Shown: piece after piece, positions 20,001-28,985 of the stretch
Position numbering within the stretch: position 1 is the first letter of the stretch
How the letters are laid out: each line of letters begins with the position of its first letter
Translations under genes and position numbers: made by a program
NCBI GenBank assembly: GCA_963828465.1
Contig: CAWHEU010000004.1
Span: forward strand, 64,001-128,000
DNA from: an uncultured Acidobacteriota bacterium
Lineage (GTDB): Bacteria > Actinomycetota > Acidimicrobiia > Spongiisociales > ZC4RG35
Length of the DNA stretch: 64,000 nt
Direction of reading: 5' to 3'
The notes under the pieces: model-generated
What the model was told of the DNA's origin: nothing
Seen by the model: only the letters and a program-made list of their open reading frames with translations
The model's database searches: none

Positions 20001-21403
20001 CCCTGAGCCATGTCTGCAATGACCAGCCGACGCTCCTCTGCGGTGTAGCCAAACACCCGGCTCAGGGCAGCAGCATCGAAACGGTCGTCGGCCAAGCTGT
20101 CGAAGGACGCCTGGATGCGCAGGGTCTCGGTATTGACCCAGTCGCCATAGGGCCGGGCCGTGGCCAGCGCTCGCTTGACCTCGTCGGTGTGGAGCACCTG
20201 GCCCGTCTCGCCATCGAAGAGAATCAGCTCGCCGGGCCCGAGTTGGCCAGTAGCTGTCGCTTTTGACTCCTCCTCGGGGCACACACCTGCCTCGGACGCG
20301 ACCAGGAGCACATCCGGCGTCACCGCCCACCGGGCGGGGCGAAGACCGTTGCGGTCCATGCCGGCCAGCAGAGACGACCCGTCGGTGGCTGCGATGGCGG
20401 CCGGACCATCCCACGGCTCGGTGAGAAATGCGTGATAGGCGTAGAAGGAGGCCAGGTCCGGCTCCAGGTCAGGGACGTTCTCCCAGGCCGCCGGCATGAG
20501 CATCTCTTTGACGTGGGGAAGGGAGCGACCGCTCTGCATAAGCAGCTCGAACACGTTGTCGAGGCTTCCCGAGTCGGAGATCCCGGGCTGGAGGAACGGG
20601 AAGACATCGGGGAGGCGGTCTCCCCAAACCCCCGGCGTCGCCGCCTTCTCCCTGGCCAGCATCCACGATCGGTTGGACTGGATGGTGTTGATCTCACCGT
20701 TGTGGGCAAGGGTGCGGAACGGCTGGGCGTTGTCCCACGACGGGAAGGTGTTGGTCGAATACCGCTGGTGGAATATGGCGAACGCCGTCTCGAAATCGGG
20801 GTCGCGCAGGTCCCAGTAGAAGTCCGAGATCTTGGAGGCGGTGAACAGCCCTTTGTAGACCACGGTGCGGCTCGAGGCCGACGGGATGGACAATCCCGGG
20901 ACATCCGCCCTCTCGATGCGCTTCCGGGACAGATAGAGGGCCCGCTCGAAATCGGCGCCTTCGCTCTCGCTGGTGACAATGGCCTGCTCGATGAGGGGCA
21001 AGACGAGTCGGGCGTGATCGCCGAGGACCGAGGGGTCGGTGGGGACGGAGCGCCAGAACAAGAGGTGCATCCCCTCCGCCTCGATCGCCTCAGTGACCAC
21101 CGATCGGGAGGCCGCGGCGTCGGTCGGCGAGAGGAAGCACATCACCACTCCGAGACGCGACGGCGACACTTCGAGCCCGTGGGTGGCCAACTCGCGGTTG
21201 ATCAGTCGATGGGGCACCTGGGTCAGGAGCCCGGCGCCGTCACCGGTGCCATCTGCCGCCCGAGCCCCACGGTGGTCCAGGTTGACCAGGCACTCGACGG
21301 CGAGACGTGTCATCCGGAAGGTGGGTGCGAGATCCCGGGCCGCGATGAACCCGACGCCGCAGGCGTCACGGTCAGGGCCAGGATCGAAGAAGGGTGCCGT
21401 CAT
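17032..21403 (-). CDS. gltB: Glutamate synthase large subunit, single-base frameshift near 19385
   Basis: N-part DACGVGF, HQRYSTNT, HNGEINT, EPWDGPA; C-part SKMGI, SNSGEGGE, KQVASGRFGV, CHLNTCPVGIA, GXGXG repeats. Confidence 0.93.
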
Positions 21404-21482
21404 CGCTCCATGGGTGTCTCGGGAGCGATGCAGTGTAAACCCAGAAAACCCAGGTCCAACCATGTTTCGTTAGCCTCGCCTC

Positions 21483-22466
21483 ATGAGATTCGGAGCATTC
21501 GTCCCACAGGGATGGCGTCTCGATCTGGTCGGGATCGACAAGAGTGAGCATTGGAAGACCATGTCCGACGTGGCGCGGCGGATCGAGGAGACCGGATTCG
21601 AGTCGCTCTGGGTCTACGACCACTTCCACACCACTCCCGCCCCGACCCAGGAGGCCACCTACGAGGCATGGACGCTGATGGCATCACTCGCGGCCGTGAC
21701 AAACACGGTCCGTCTCGGGCAGATGTGCACCTGCAACACCTACCGCCCGCCCTCCTATCTGGCCAAGGTGGCGGCCTCGATCGACGTGATCTCTGGTGGC
21801 CGTCTCGAGATGGGGATCGGTGCCGGCTGGTACGGGCACGAGCATGATGGCTACGGCTACCCCTTCCTCGAGCCGGCGCCGCGAATCAAGATGCTGGAGG
21901 AAGGCGTCGAGATCATGAAAGCCATGTGGACCGAGGAGGTGGTCGACTATGAGGGCAGGCACTATCGGCTCAAGGGAGCGATCTGTCAGCCCAAGCCTGT
22001 CCAGTCGCCCCACATCCCGCTCTGGGTCGCCGGCGGCGGGGAGCAGCTGACGCTACGAGTGGCGGCCCGGCACGCCCAGTACACCAACTTCGGGATCAAA
22101 CCCGAGCTCTTCGTCCAGAAATCCGAGGCCCTGGCGGGGCATTGCCGAGACATTGGCCGCGACTTCGACTCGATCACGAGGTCGGCCAACTTCAACATCG
22201 TCTGCGACGAGACCGAGGCCGGTGTCCAGGAGAAGATCCGGGCCGTCGAGAGCCGGATGCAGCAGTACGTCTCGGAGGATCGCGCCGCCGAGCAGGCGAA
22301 GCTTTACAAGTACGCCTCGGGCACCCCGGACCAGGTCATCAGCTACCTCAAGGAGTGGGAGGCACTCGGGCTGGCGTACGCCATCATCTATTTCCCCGAC
22401 CCCGCCTACGACTTGTCGAGCCTGGAGCTGTTCGCCCGCGAGGTGATGCCCGCCTTCGCCGGCTGA
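21483..22466 (+). CDS. LLM-class F420-dependent oxidoreductase
   Basis: WVYDHFH, VRLGQMCTCNTYR, ISGGRLEMGIGAGW, PKPVQ. Confidence 0.9.
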   Translation: MRFGAFVPQGWRLDLVGIDKSEHWKTMSDVARRIEETGFESLWVYDHFHTTPAPTQEATYEAWTLMASLAAVTNTVRLGQMCTCNTYRPPSYLAKVAASIDVISGGRLEMGIGAGWYGHEHDGYGYPFLEPAPRIKMLEEGVEIMKAMWTEEVVDYEGRHYRLKGAICQPKPVQSPHIPLWVAGGGEQLTLRVAARHAQYTNFGIKPELFVQKSEALAGHCRDIGRDFDSITRSANFNIVCDETEAGVQEKIRAVESRMQQYVSEDRAAEQAKLYKYASGTPDQVISYLKEWEALGLAYAIIYFPDPAYDLSSLELFAREVMPAFAG

Positions 22467-22475
22467 ACACACATA

Positions 22476-23627
22476 TCACTTGAGACCGCTGAGCCGGTCG
22501 AGGGCCTCGGTGAGTATCTCCTCGTCCTTGCAGAAGGCAAAGCGGACCAGAGAAGCTCCATCATCGGGCCGGTGATAGAAGACACTCGGCGGGATCGCCA
22601 CCACTCGGGCAGTCTCGACCATGTGACGGCAGAAAGTCCTGTCGTCGTCGAAGCCGAAGCCGTCGAACCCGGCCATCATGAAATACGTCCCTTGCGGGCG
22701 GTGTACCTGAAAGCCGACAGCATCGAGGCCATTGGCGAGTAGGTCCCGTTTCTTCAGATAATCCGAGCGAAGGTCCTCATAGAAGCCAGCCGGTGCGCCC
22801 ATCGCGGCCACCGCCCCGTGTTGCACCGGGGTCGGGGTGGTGAAGGTGAGGAACTGATGGGCGGCACGTAACCCGGCGGTCAGCGCCCGTGGGGCGATAC
22901 CCCAGCCCACCTTCCATCCGGTGAGCGAGAACGTCTTCCCGATCGAGGAAAGGGTGAGGGTTCGCTCCCACATCCCCTCATACGTGGCCAGCCGGCGGTG
23001 CTCACCGTCGTAGACCATCTCCTCGTAGACCTCGTCGGTGATGGCGATGACGTTGTATTCGACACAGAGAGAGGCGATGGCCGCCAGCTCATGGTCGCTG
23101 AACACCCGACCTGTCGGGTTGTGGGGATTGTTGACCACGATCGCCTTGGTCTTCGGGGAGAACGTCGATCGAAGCTCCTCGAGGTCGATGCCGAAGCCCG
23201 GTGGCCTCAGGGTCACGTACCTCGGCACAGCGCCGGTCATCGAGACGAACACCGGATAGGCGTCGTAGAAAGGCTCGATGAGGATCACCTCGTCGCCGGG
23301 ATCGATGAGCCCGAGGAACGATGCCGCGAGGGCTTCTGTGCATCCACAGGTGATGGTCACCTCCCCAACAGGGTCGACCTGCCTCCCGAGAAGCGGCCCG
23401 TATCGATCGGCAATGGCTTGTCGCAGCGCCGGCACACCCTGGCTCGGCGGATATTGGTCGCTGCCGCCCTCGACCAACGAACGAGCGGCGGCATCCTTCA
23501 CGAACTCCGCCCCCTCCCAGTTGGGGAAGCCCTGTCCGAGATTGATGGCGTCGTACTCCATGGCGAGGGCGGTCATTTCGCTGAAGATGGTGACCCCGAA
23601 CGAGGCAAGACGGTCGGCGATCGACAT
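22476..23627 (-). CDS. PLP-dependent class I/II aminotransferase (YbdL/DapC-like)
   Basis: INLGQGFP, NNPHNPTG, DEVYE, SIGKTFSLTGWKVG, RFAFCK. Confidence 0.92.
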   Translation of the reverse strand: MSIADRLASFGVTIFSEMTALAMEYDAINLGQGFPNWEGAEFVKDAAARSLVEGGSDQYPPSQGVPALRQAIADRYGPLLGRQVDPVGEVTITCGCTEALAASFLGLIDPGDEVILIEPFYDAYPVFVSMTGAVPRYVTLRPPGFGIDLEELRSTFSPKTKAIVVNNPHNPTGRVFSDHELAAIASLCVEYNVIAITDEVYEEMVYDGEHRRLATYEGMWERTLTLSSIGKTFSLTGWKVGWGIAPRALTAGLRAAHQFLTFTTPTPVQHGAVAAMGAPAGFYEDLRSDYLKKRDLLANGLDAVGFQVHRPQGTYFMMAGFDGFGFDDDRTFCRHMVETARVVAIPPSVFYHRPDDGASLVRFAFCKDEEILTEALDRLSGLK

Positions 23628-23647
23628 GTCCGTCAGACTATGCCGCC

Positions 23648-24070
23648 TCAGCCCAGGCGCTCGAGGGTGACGATCGGGATCTCCCGGTCGGTTCTCGTCT
23701 GGTAAACGGCGTAGTCGCCATAAGACGCCACCACCTTCGGCCACCACACCTCGCGATCCGCCGACGAGGCGGTCCGTGCGGTCAGCACCAGCTTCCTATC
23801 GCCGACCCGGGCGGTGACCGAGGGATCGGCGAGCAGATTGAGATACCACTCTGGATGACGATCACGCCCGCCGTAGGAAGCGATCACCAGAAACTTGTCG
23901 CCATCCCGCAGGTAGAGCAGAGGAACGGTGTGGGGCTGACCGGTCAGCCTCCCCCGCGTGGTGAGGAGGAGCATGTCGTTCCCGACCAGCCGCCTGCCGA
24001 CCACCCCGTTCGTCGCCTCGTAGAGGACGCGGTGAAATGCTGACCACCGCTTGACGCCCGAATCTCTCAC
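23648..24070 (-). CDS. Deazaflavin-dependent nitroreductase (Ddn) family protein
   Basis: LLLTTRGRLTG..IASYGG..HPEWYLNL..YQTRTDREIP. Confidence 0.9.
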   Translation of the reverse strand: MRDSGVKRWSAFHRVLYEATNGVVGRRLVGNDMLLLTTRGRLTGQPHTVPLLYLRDGDKFLVIASYGGRDRHPEWYLNLLADPSVTARVGDRKLVLTARTASSADREVWWPKVVASYGDYAVYQTRTDREIPIVTLERLG

Positions 24071-24080
24071 CGTGCTGGCC

Positions 24081-25115
24081 TCAGCCGGCGTCGCTGGACC
24101 TGGCCCACAAGTTGATGTCGCCCTCAACCGCGTACCGGTCGATGGCAGCCAACTCCTCCTCACTGAAACGCGTGTTGTCGACGGCTCGCAGCAGGTCTTC
24201 GACCTGAGACCAGCGACTCGCCCCGATGAGAGCCGACGTGACACGTTCGTCTCGTAGCACCCAGGCCACGGCCATCTGGGCCAGGGTCTGGCCCCGATCT
24301 CGGGCGACGTCGTTGAGCCCGCTCACCCGGGCCAGGTTGTCTTCGGACAGCATCGAGCGATCCAGCGCACCTCCTGTCGCCACCCGGGAGTCGGCCGGGA
24401 CACCATCGAGGTATCGATCGGTCAGCAGCCCCTGGGCCAAGGGAGAGAACGCGATGCAGCCGATACCCAGCTCGCCGAGCACATCGAGGAGCCCATCCTC
24501 GACCCACCGATTGAGCATTGAATAAGAGGGCTGATGGATGATGAACGGCGTCCCGAGTCGGGTGAGGATGGCGTGCGCCTCCCGTGTCATCTCCGGGCTA
24601 TATGAGGAGATCCCGGCATATAGGGCCTTCCCGGCGCGGACCGCGGTATCGAGTGAGCCCAGGGTCTCCTCGAGGGGCGTGTCCGGGTCGTAACGATGGG
24701 AGTAGAAGATGTCGACGTATTCGAGTCCCATACGCGTCAGGCTCTGGTCCAAGCTGGCCAACAGGTACTTCCGTGAGCCCCATTCGCCATAGGGCCCCTC
24801 CCACATGTCGTATCCCGCCTTGGTGGAGATGATCAGCTCATCGCGATATGGCGCCAAGTCCGAAGCAAGAAGCGTCCCGAAGTTCCGCTCCGCCGATCCG
24901 GGTGGTGGCCCGTAGTTGTTGGCCAGGTCGAAGTGTGTGATCCCCTGGTCGAAGGAGTTCAGGATCATGCGCCGACCCTCCTCGGTCAGCGAGTCGCCTC
25001 CGAAGTTGTGCCATAGCCCCAAAGACACCCGGGGCAGGTCGAGACCACTCCGCCCCGATCGGGCATAGGGCATACGGCTGTATCGGTCCGGGTCTGGATT
25101 GTGCAACGGACTCAC
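24081..25115 (-). CDS. Aldo/keto reductase (L-glyceraldehyde-3-phosphate reductase-like)
   Basis: SLGLWHNFG, FDLANNYGP, ISTKAGY, DIFYSHR; GTG start after AGGAG. Confidence 0.9.
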   Translation of the reverse strand: MSPLHNPDPDRYSRMPYARSGRSGLDLPRVSLGLWHNFGGDSLTEEGRRMILNSFDQGITHFDLANNYGPPPGSAERNFGTLLASDLAPYRDELIISTKAGYDMWEGPYGEWGSRKYLLASLDQSLTRMGLEYVDIFYSHRYDPDTPLEETLGSLDTAVRAGKALYAGISSYSPEMTREAHAILTRLGTPFIIHQPSYSMLNRWVEDGLLDVLGELGIGCIAFSPLAQGLLTDRYLDGVPADSRVATGGALDRSMLSEDNLARVSGLNDVARDRGQTLAQMAVAWVLRDERVTSALIGASRWSQVEDLLRAVDNTRFSEEELAAIDRYAVEGDINLWARSSDAG

Positions 25116-25122
25116 CTCCTGG

Positions 25123-25965
25123 TCAGACAGCTTCCAATTGTGGCTCGTCCTTCCGTCGACGTCGCGACGTCGACCCTGACGATGGCTCCCACCTGAAGAA
25201 CCGGATCGCGAGGAGAGCGGCCACCACACCCCAGAGGGCGAGATAGCCGATCTGGGGCCAGTGGAACTGAGGCCCGGTCAGGGTGGGGTCGAAGGCATCT
25301 CGGAAAGCCTCGGCGAAGGCTTTGAGTGGGAAGAAGTTGCCGGCGATCTCCATCCACCGCGGTGGGTCCTGTATCGGGAAGAAAATGTTGGAGATGAACG
25401 CGACGGGGAGGAGAGTGGCGTTGGTGATCGCGGGGGCGGCATCGCCATTGGGCGAGATCGCCGCTACCAACATCCCGAGAGCAGCGAAACAGCTGACCCC
25501 GACGACGAACGTGAGCAGGGCCGCCGGCAGGGTGCGGGCGATGATCTGGACCCCGTAAAAGACCACTCCGGCCGCCATCATCAGGGCCATGGCGAGAAAT
25601 GCGAGGTAGACCGAGGAAGCCACGCGGCCTGCGATGTAGGCCCACGGCGGGATCGGCGTGCCCCGGATACGCTTGAGTATCCCGTTGTCGCGGGCAATGG
25701 CCGTGCCGATGGCGAGATTGGTGTAGGTGGCCGAGACGGCAGCGAACACGGCGAGGCCGGGGGTGAAGTACTGGGCCGTGGTGATCCCCAAGCCTTCGAT
25801 CTCATCGTTGCCGAAGATGGCGGTGAACAGCACGAGCAACATCAACGGGAACACGATGGTGAAGAATGCTGCGATCGGCGTGCGCCAGAACACCTTGTTC
25901 TGATAGCGGAACTGCTGCCAGACCAAAGACCATACCGAGGGTCTGTGTAGGGCTTCAGTGCTCAT
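25123..25965 (-). CDS. ABC-2 type exporter permease
   Basis: RDNGILKRIRGTP, six TM segments. Confidence 0.88.
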   Translation of the reverse strand: MSTEALHRPSVWSLVWQQFRYQNKVFWRTPIAAFFTIVFPLMLLVLFTAIFGNDEIEGLGITTAQYFTPGLAVFAAVSATYTNLAIGTAIARDNGILKRIRGTPIPPWAYIAGRVASSVYLAFLAMALMMAAGVVFYGVQIIARTLPAALLTFVVGVSCFAALGMLVAAISPNGDAAPAITNATLLPVAFISNIFFPIQDPPRWMEIAGNFFPLKAFAEAFRDAFDPTLTGPQFHWPQIGYLALWGVVAALLAIRFFRWEPSSGSTSRRRRKDEPQLEAV

Positions 25966-26848
25966 CGGTCAGCTCGAGATAGACATCCTCCAACGATGGT
26001 CGGGCGACCTGGAGTTGTTCCAGCTCCAGGTCTTTGCCGATCGCCCAGGTGGTGAGCTCATGGAGCGCCCGGGTGGCCGACTCGGCGCTGACCTCGATCA
26101 TGTCGCCGTCCACCGTGCTGGCGCTGATCGGCAGTTCCTCGACGCTGACCCCTTCAGGAAGCGCGAATCGGATCATGCTCTTCCCGTCCGCCCGCCCGCC
26201 GAGCGTCTCCGGTGTGCCCTCCGCCACGATCTTGCCGCTGTCGATGATGGCGATCCGATCCGCAAGATGCTGGGCCTCATCCATGTAGTGGGTCGTGAGC
26301 AGGATTGTCTTGCCCAGGTCAGCCAGGTTCTCGAGGATCCCCCAGGCCTGTCTGCGCGCCGAGGGGTCGAATCCGGTGGTGGGCTCGTCCAGGAAGAGAA
26401 GGTCGGGATCGCCGACCAGCCCGAGGGCCAGCTCGAGTCTTCGCTGCTGGCCACCCGACAGGGTCTTGATCCTGGCGTCGGCCTTTTCGGTGAGCCCGAC
26501 CAGGTCGATCAAATGATCGGCCTCGAGCCGCCTGGGATACATGCCCCCGTATATGGACAACGCCTCACGCACCGAGAGCTCCCGTTCCACAGCGCCCTCC
26601 TGGAGCACGATCCCGATTCGCTCCCGGTAGGCGCGGCCGCCTGTGGAGGGGTCGAAGCCGAGCACACTGATGCTGCCGCCATCGGCCGAGCGATGCCCCT
26701 CGAGGATCTCTACCGTGGTGGTCTTGCCCGCCCCGTTGGGTCCGAGCAGCGCAAACACCTCACCGGTCTCGATCGAGATGTCGACGCCGTCGACGGCCAC
26801 CACGTCGCCATAGGACTTCCTGAGGCCCCTGACCTCGATTGCCGCCAT
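25955..26848 (-). CDS. ABC exporter ATP-binding protein
   Basis: GPNGAGKTT, LSGGQ, FLDEPTTG, TTHYMDEA. Confidence 0.93.
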   Translation of the reverse strand: MAAIEVRGLRKSYGDVVAVDGVDISIETGEVFALLGPNGAGKTTTVEILEGHRSADGGSISVLGFDPSTGGRAYRERIGIVLQEGAVERELSVREALSIYGGMYPRRLEADHLIDLVGLTEKADARIKTLSGGQQRRLELALGLVGDPDLLFLDEPTTGFDPSARRQAWGILENLADLGKTILLTTHYMDEAQHLADRIAIIDSGKIVAEGTPETLGGRADGKSMIRFALPEGVSVEELPISASTVDGDMIEVSAESATRALHELTTWAIGKDLELEQLQVARPSLEDVYLELTDEH

Positions 26849-26855
26849 TTCCGGG

Positions 26856-26865
26856 ATCCTAGGAT
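26856..26865. promoter_or_regulatory. Palindromic shared -10 element (TAGGAT on both strands)
   Basis: ATCCTAGGAT in a 23-bp gap; 6 nt to ATG 26872 (+) and 7 nt to ATG 26848 (-). Confidence 0.6.
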
Positions 26866-26871
26866 GCCGCC

Positions 26872-27330
26872 ATGACAGCAGAATCCGGTCCAATTGGGCC
26901 TGTGGTTGTGGGAATCGACGGGTCCGAGCCGGGCTTCACGGCATTGCGACATGCGGTTCGGGAGGCCGAATGGCGAGACGTCCCTCTGCACGCGGTCCAC
27001 GTGCTCGATGTCAGCCCGGCTGTTCTCCACCTCGAGGGAGATCGAACGGTCAACACCCGCGAGCTCGCCGAGAGCGACAGGGCCCGGATCTGGGAGCTGG
27101 CCGAGCCCATCCTCGAAGACACCAAAGCGGAGGTGGTACGCGTAGAGAGGGACGGCAACCCGGGCAAGACGCTCATCGCATATTGCGACGAAGCCGGCGG
27201 GTCAGTGCTGGTGGTTGGACCGCGGGGTCGGGGACGAGTGGGCCGATGGCTGCTCGGGTCGACCGCCGACCAGGCGGTCAAGACTGCGCCTTGCGATGTG
27301 CTCGTTGTCAAGCCTGGTGCGGACATCTAG
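26872..27330 (+). CDS. Universal stress protein
   Basis: VVVGIDGS..LVVGPRGRG..LLGST..APCDVLVV. Confidence 0.92.
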   Translation: MTAESGPIGPVVVGIDGSEPGFTALRHAVREAEWRDVPLHAVHVLDVSPAVLHLEGDRTVNTRELAESDRARIWELAEPILEDTKAEVVRVERDGNPGKTLIAYCDEAGGSVLVVGPRGRGRVGRWLLGSTADQAVKTAPCDVLVVKPGADI

Positions 27331-27371
27331 GCCTGCCTCCTTGAGTTTTCAGGCGGGCGGGTCGATCCTCT

Positions 27372-27974
27372 AGCCGTGCATGCACTGTTGTTGGCGGTGT
27401 TCATGGCTGTGCTTCCTCCTGGAGGCTCGTTCGTCGATGACGACGGGAACGTCCACGAGGGGGGTATCGAGGCGATCGCCGCCGAAGGCATCACCCGTGG
27501 CTGCAACCCACCAGCCAACGACCGTTACTGTCCGGAAAAGACAGTCACTCGGGGCCAAATGGCGGTGTTTCTGGCCCGCGCCCTCGATCTCGGCCCCACC
27601 TCCAACGACTATTTCAACGACGACGAAACCAGCCTGTTCGAAGCCGGGATCAACCGTCTCGCCGCCGCCGGGATTACCCAGGGCTGCAATCCGCCGGCCA
27701 ACAACCGGTTCTGTCCCGAACAGGAAATGACCCGTGGCCAGATGGCAGCCATGCTGGCCAGAGCCTTCGACTATCCGGTGTCACACCACAACCGGTTCAA
27801 CGATGACAACGGTCACATCTTCGAACAGGCAATCCAGAAGCTCGCCGCCGCTGGAGTGACCGTCGGCTGCAATCCACCGGCCAACAACCGGTTCTGTCCC
27901 AACGATCCGATCAGACGAGACCAGATGGCCACCCTCCTCACCCGAGCCAACCACCTCACCCCCAACCGACCACC
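27372..27974 (+). repeat. Direct repeat copy 1 (SLH cassette)
   Basis: Matches 28994-29596 with about six substitutions by eye. Confidence 0.95.
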
Positions 27975-28983
27975 GGCGCGACTGCTGCCCACCCCGGGCA
28001 ACCCTGACGGAAATTCGCCTGTCCCTGTCGCCGGCAGGGCGGTGGACACCTCCAACCCGGACATCGTGATCGGCAATGGCTCGCCACAGGGTTGCACGTC
28101 CCAGGCGGTGGTGAACGCCGTGGCGCAGGGGGGGATCATCACATTCGACTGCGGGCCGGACCCGGTGACGATCGTCATGAATGCCACGGCCAAGGTCTTC
28201 AACGACACCGGGCCCGAAATCGTCATCGACGGCGGCGGCCTCGTGACGCTCAGCGGGGGCGGCGTGCGACGGATCCTCTACATGAACACATGCGATCTGG
28301 CCCAGGTCTGGACCACCGCCCACTGCCAGAACCAGGACCACCCGAGGCTGACCGTGCAAAACCTGGGTTTCATCGATGGGAACAGCACGAGCCATGGTCA
28401 GGACCTGGAGGGTGGTGGGGGCGCAATCTGGGTGCGCGGCGGTCGCTTCAAGATCGTGAACTCTGTGTTTGCCCGAAACACCTGTGCGCCAAGCGGGCCC
28501 GACGTGGGAGGCGCCTCGGTCAGGGTCTTCAGTCAGCATGACAACCAACCGGTCTACGTCGTCAACAGCACATTCGGCGGCGGCACGTCATTTGCCAATA
28601 CCTGCTCCAACGCCGGTGGCATCAGCAGCATCGGGGTCTCCTGGACCATCATCAACAGCCTCTTCACCGACAACGACGCCACCGGCCGCGGTGCCAACCC
28701 GGCCCGAGGGGGCACTCCGGGCGGCGGAAGTGGTGGGGCCATCTATCTGGACGGGAACACCATGACTCTGCGGATCCAGGGCACGAGGATCGAGCGCAAC
28801 CACGCACAGGAAGGTGGCGGCGGCATCTTCTTCGTCAGCAATGACAGGACGGGACACCTCGTGATCCAGAGCTCCGTCCTGTCGAACAACCCGAGCGACG
28901 GGTTCGAGACGGCCGGCTTCCCGGGCATCTTCTATCTCGGCGACGGGCCGATCCAGGTGACCGACAGCGTGATCGAGGACTGA
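27376..28983 (+). CDS. SLH-type surface protein with a pectin-lyase-like/beta-helix C-terminal domain
   Basis: Three GIT-GCNPPAN..CP..TRGQMA repeats; GGGAI/GGAIY repeats in the C-terminal half. Confidence 0.75.
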   Translation: MHALLLAVFMAVLPPGGSFVDDDGNVHEGGIEAIAAEGITRGCNPPANDRYCPEKTVTRGQMAVFLARALDLGPTSNDYFNDDETSLFEAGINRLAAAGITQGCNPPANNRFCPEQEMTRGQMAAMLARAFDYPVSHHNRFNDDNGHIFEQAIQKLAAAGVTVGCNPPANNRFCPNDPIRRDQMATLLTRANHLTPNRPPARLLPTPGNPDGNSPVPVAGRAVDTSNPDIVIGNGSPQGCTSQAVVNAVAQGGIITFDCGPDPVTIVMNATAKVFNDTGPEIVIDGGGLVTLSGGGVRRILYMNTCDLAQVWTTAHCQNQDHPRLTVQNLGFIDGNSTSHGQDLEGGGGAIWVRGGRFKIVNSVFARNTCAPSGPDVGGASVRVFSQHDNQPVYVVNSTFGGGTSFANTCSNAGGISSIGVSWTIINSLFTDNDATGRGANPARGGTPGGGSGGAIYLDGNTMTLRIQGTRIERNHAQEGGGGIFFVSNDRTGHLVIQSSVLSNNPSDGFETAGFPGIFYLGDGPIQVTDSVIED

Positions 28984-28985
28984 CG

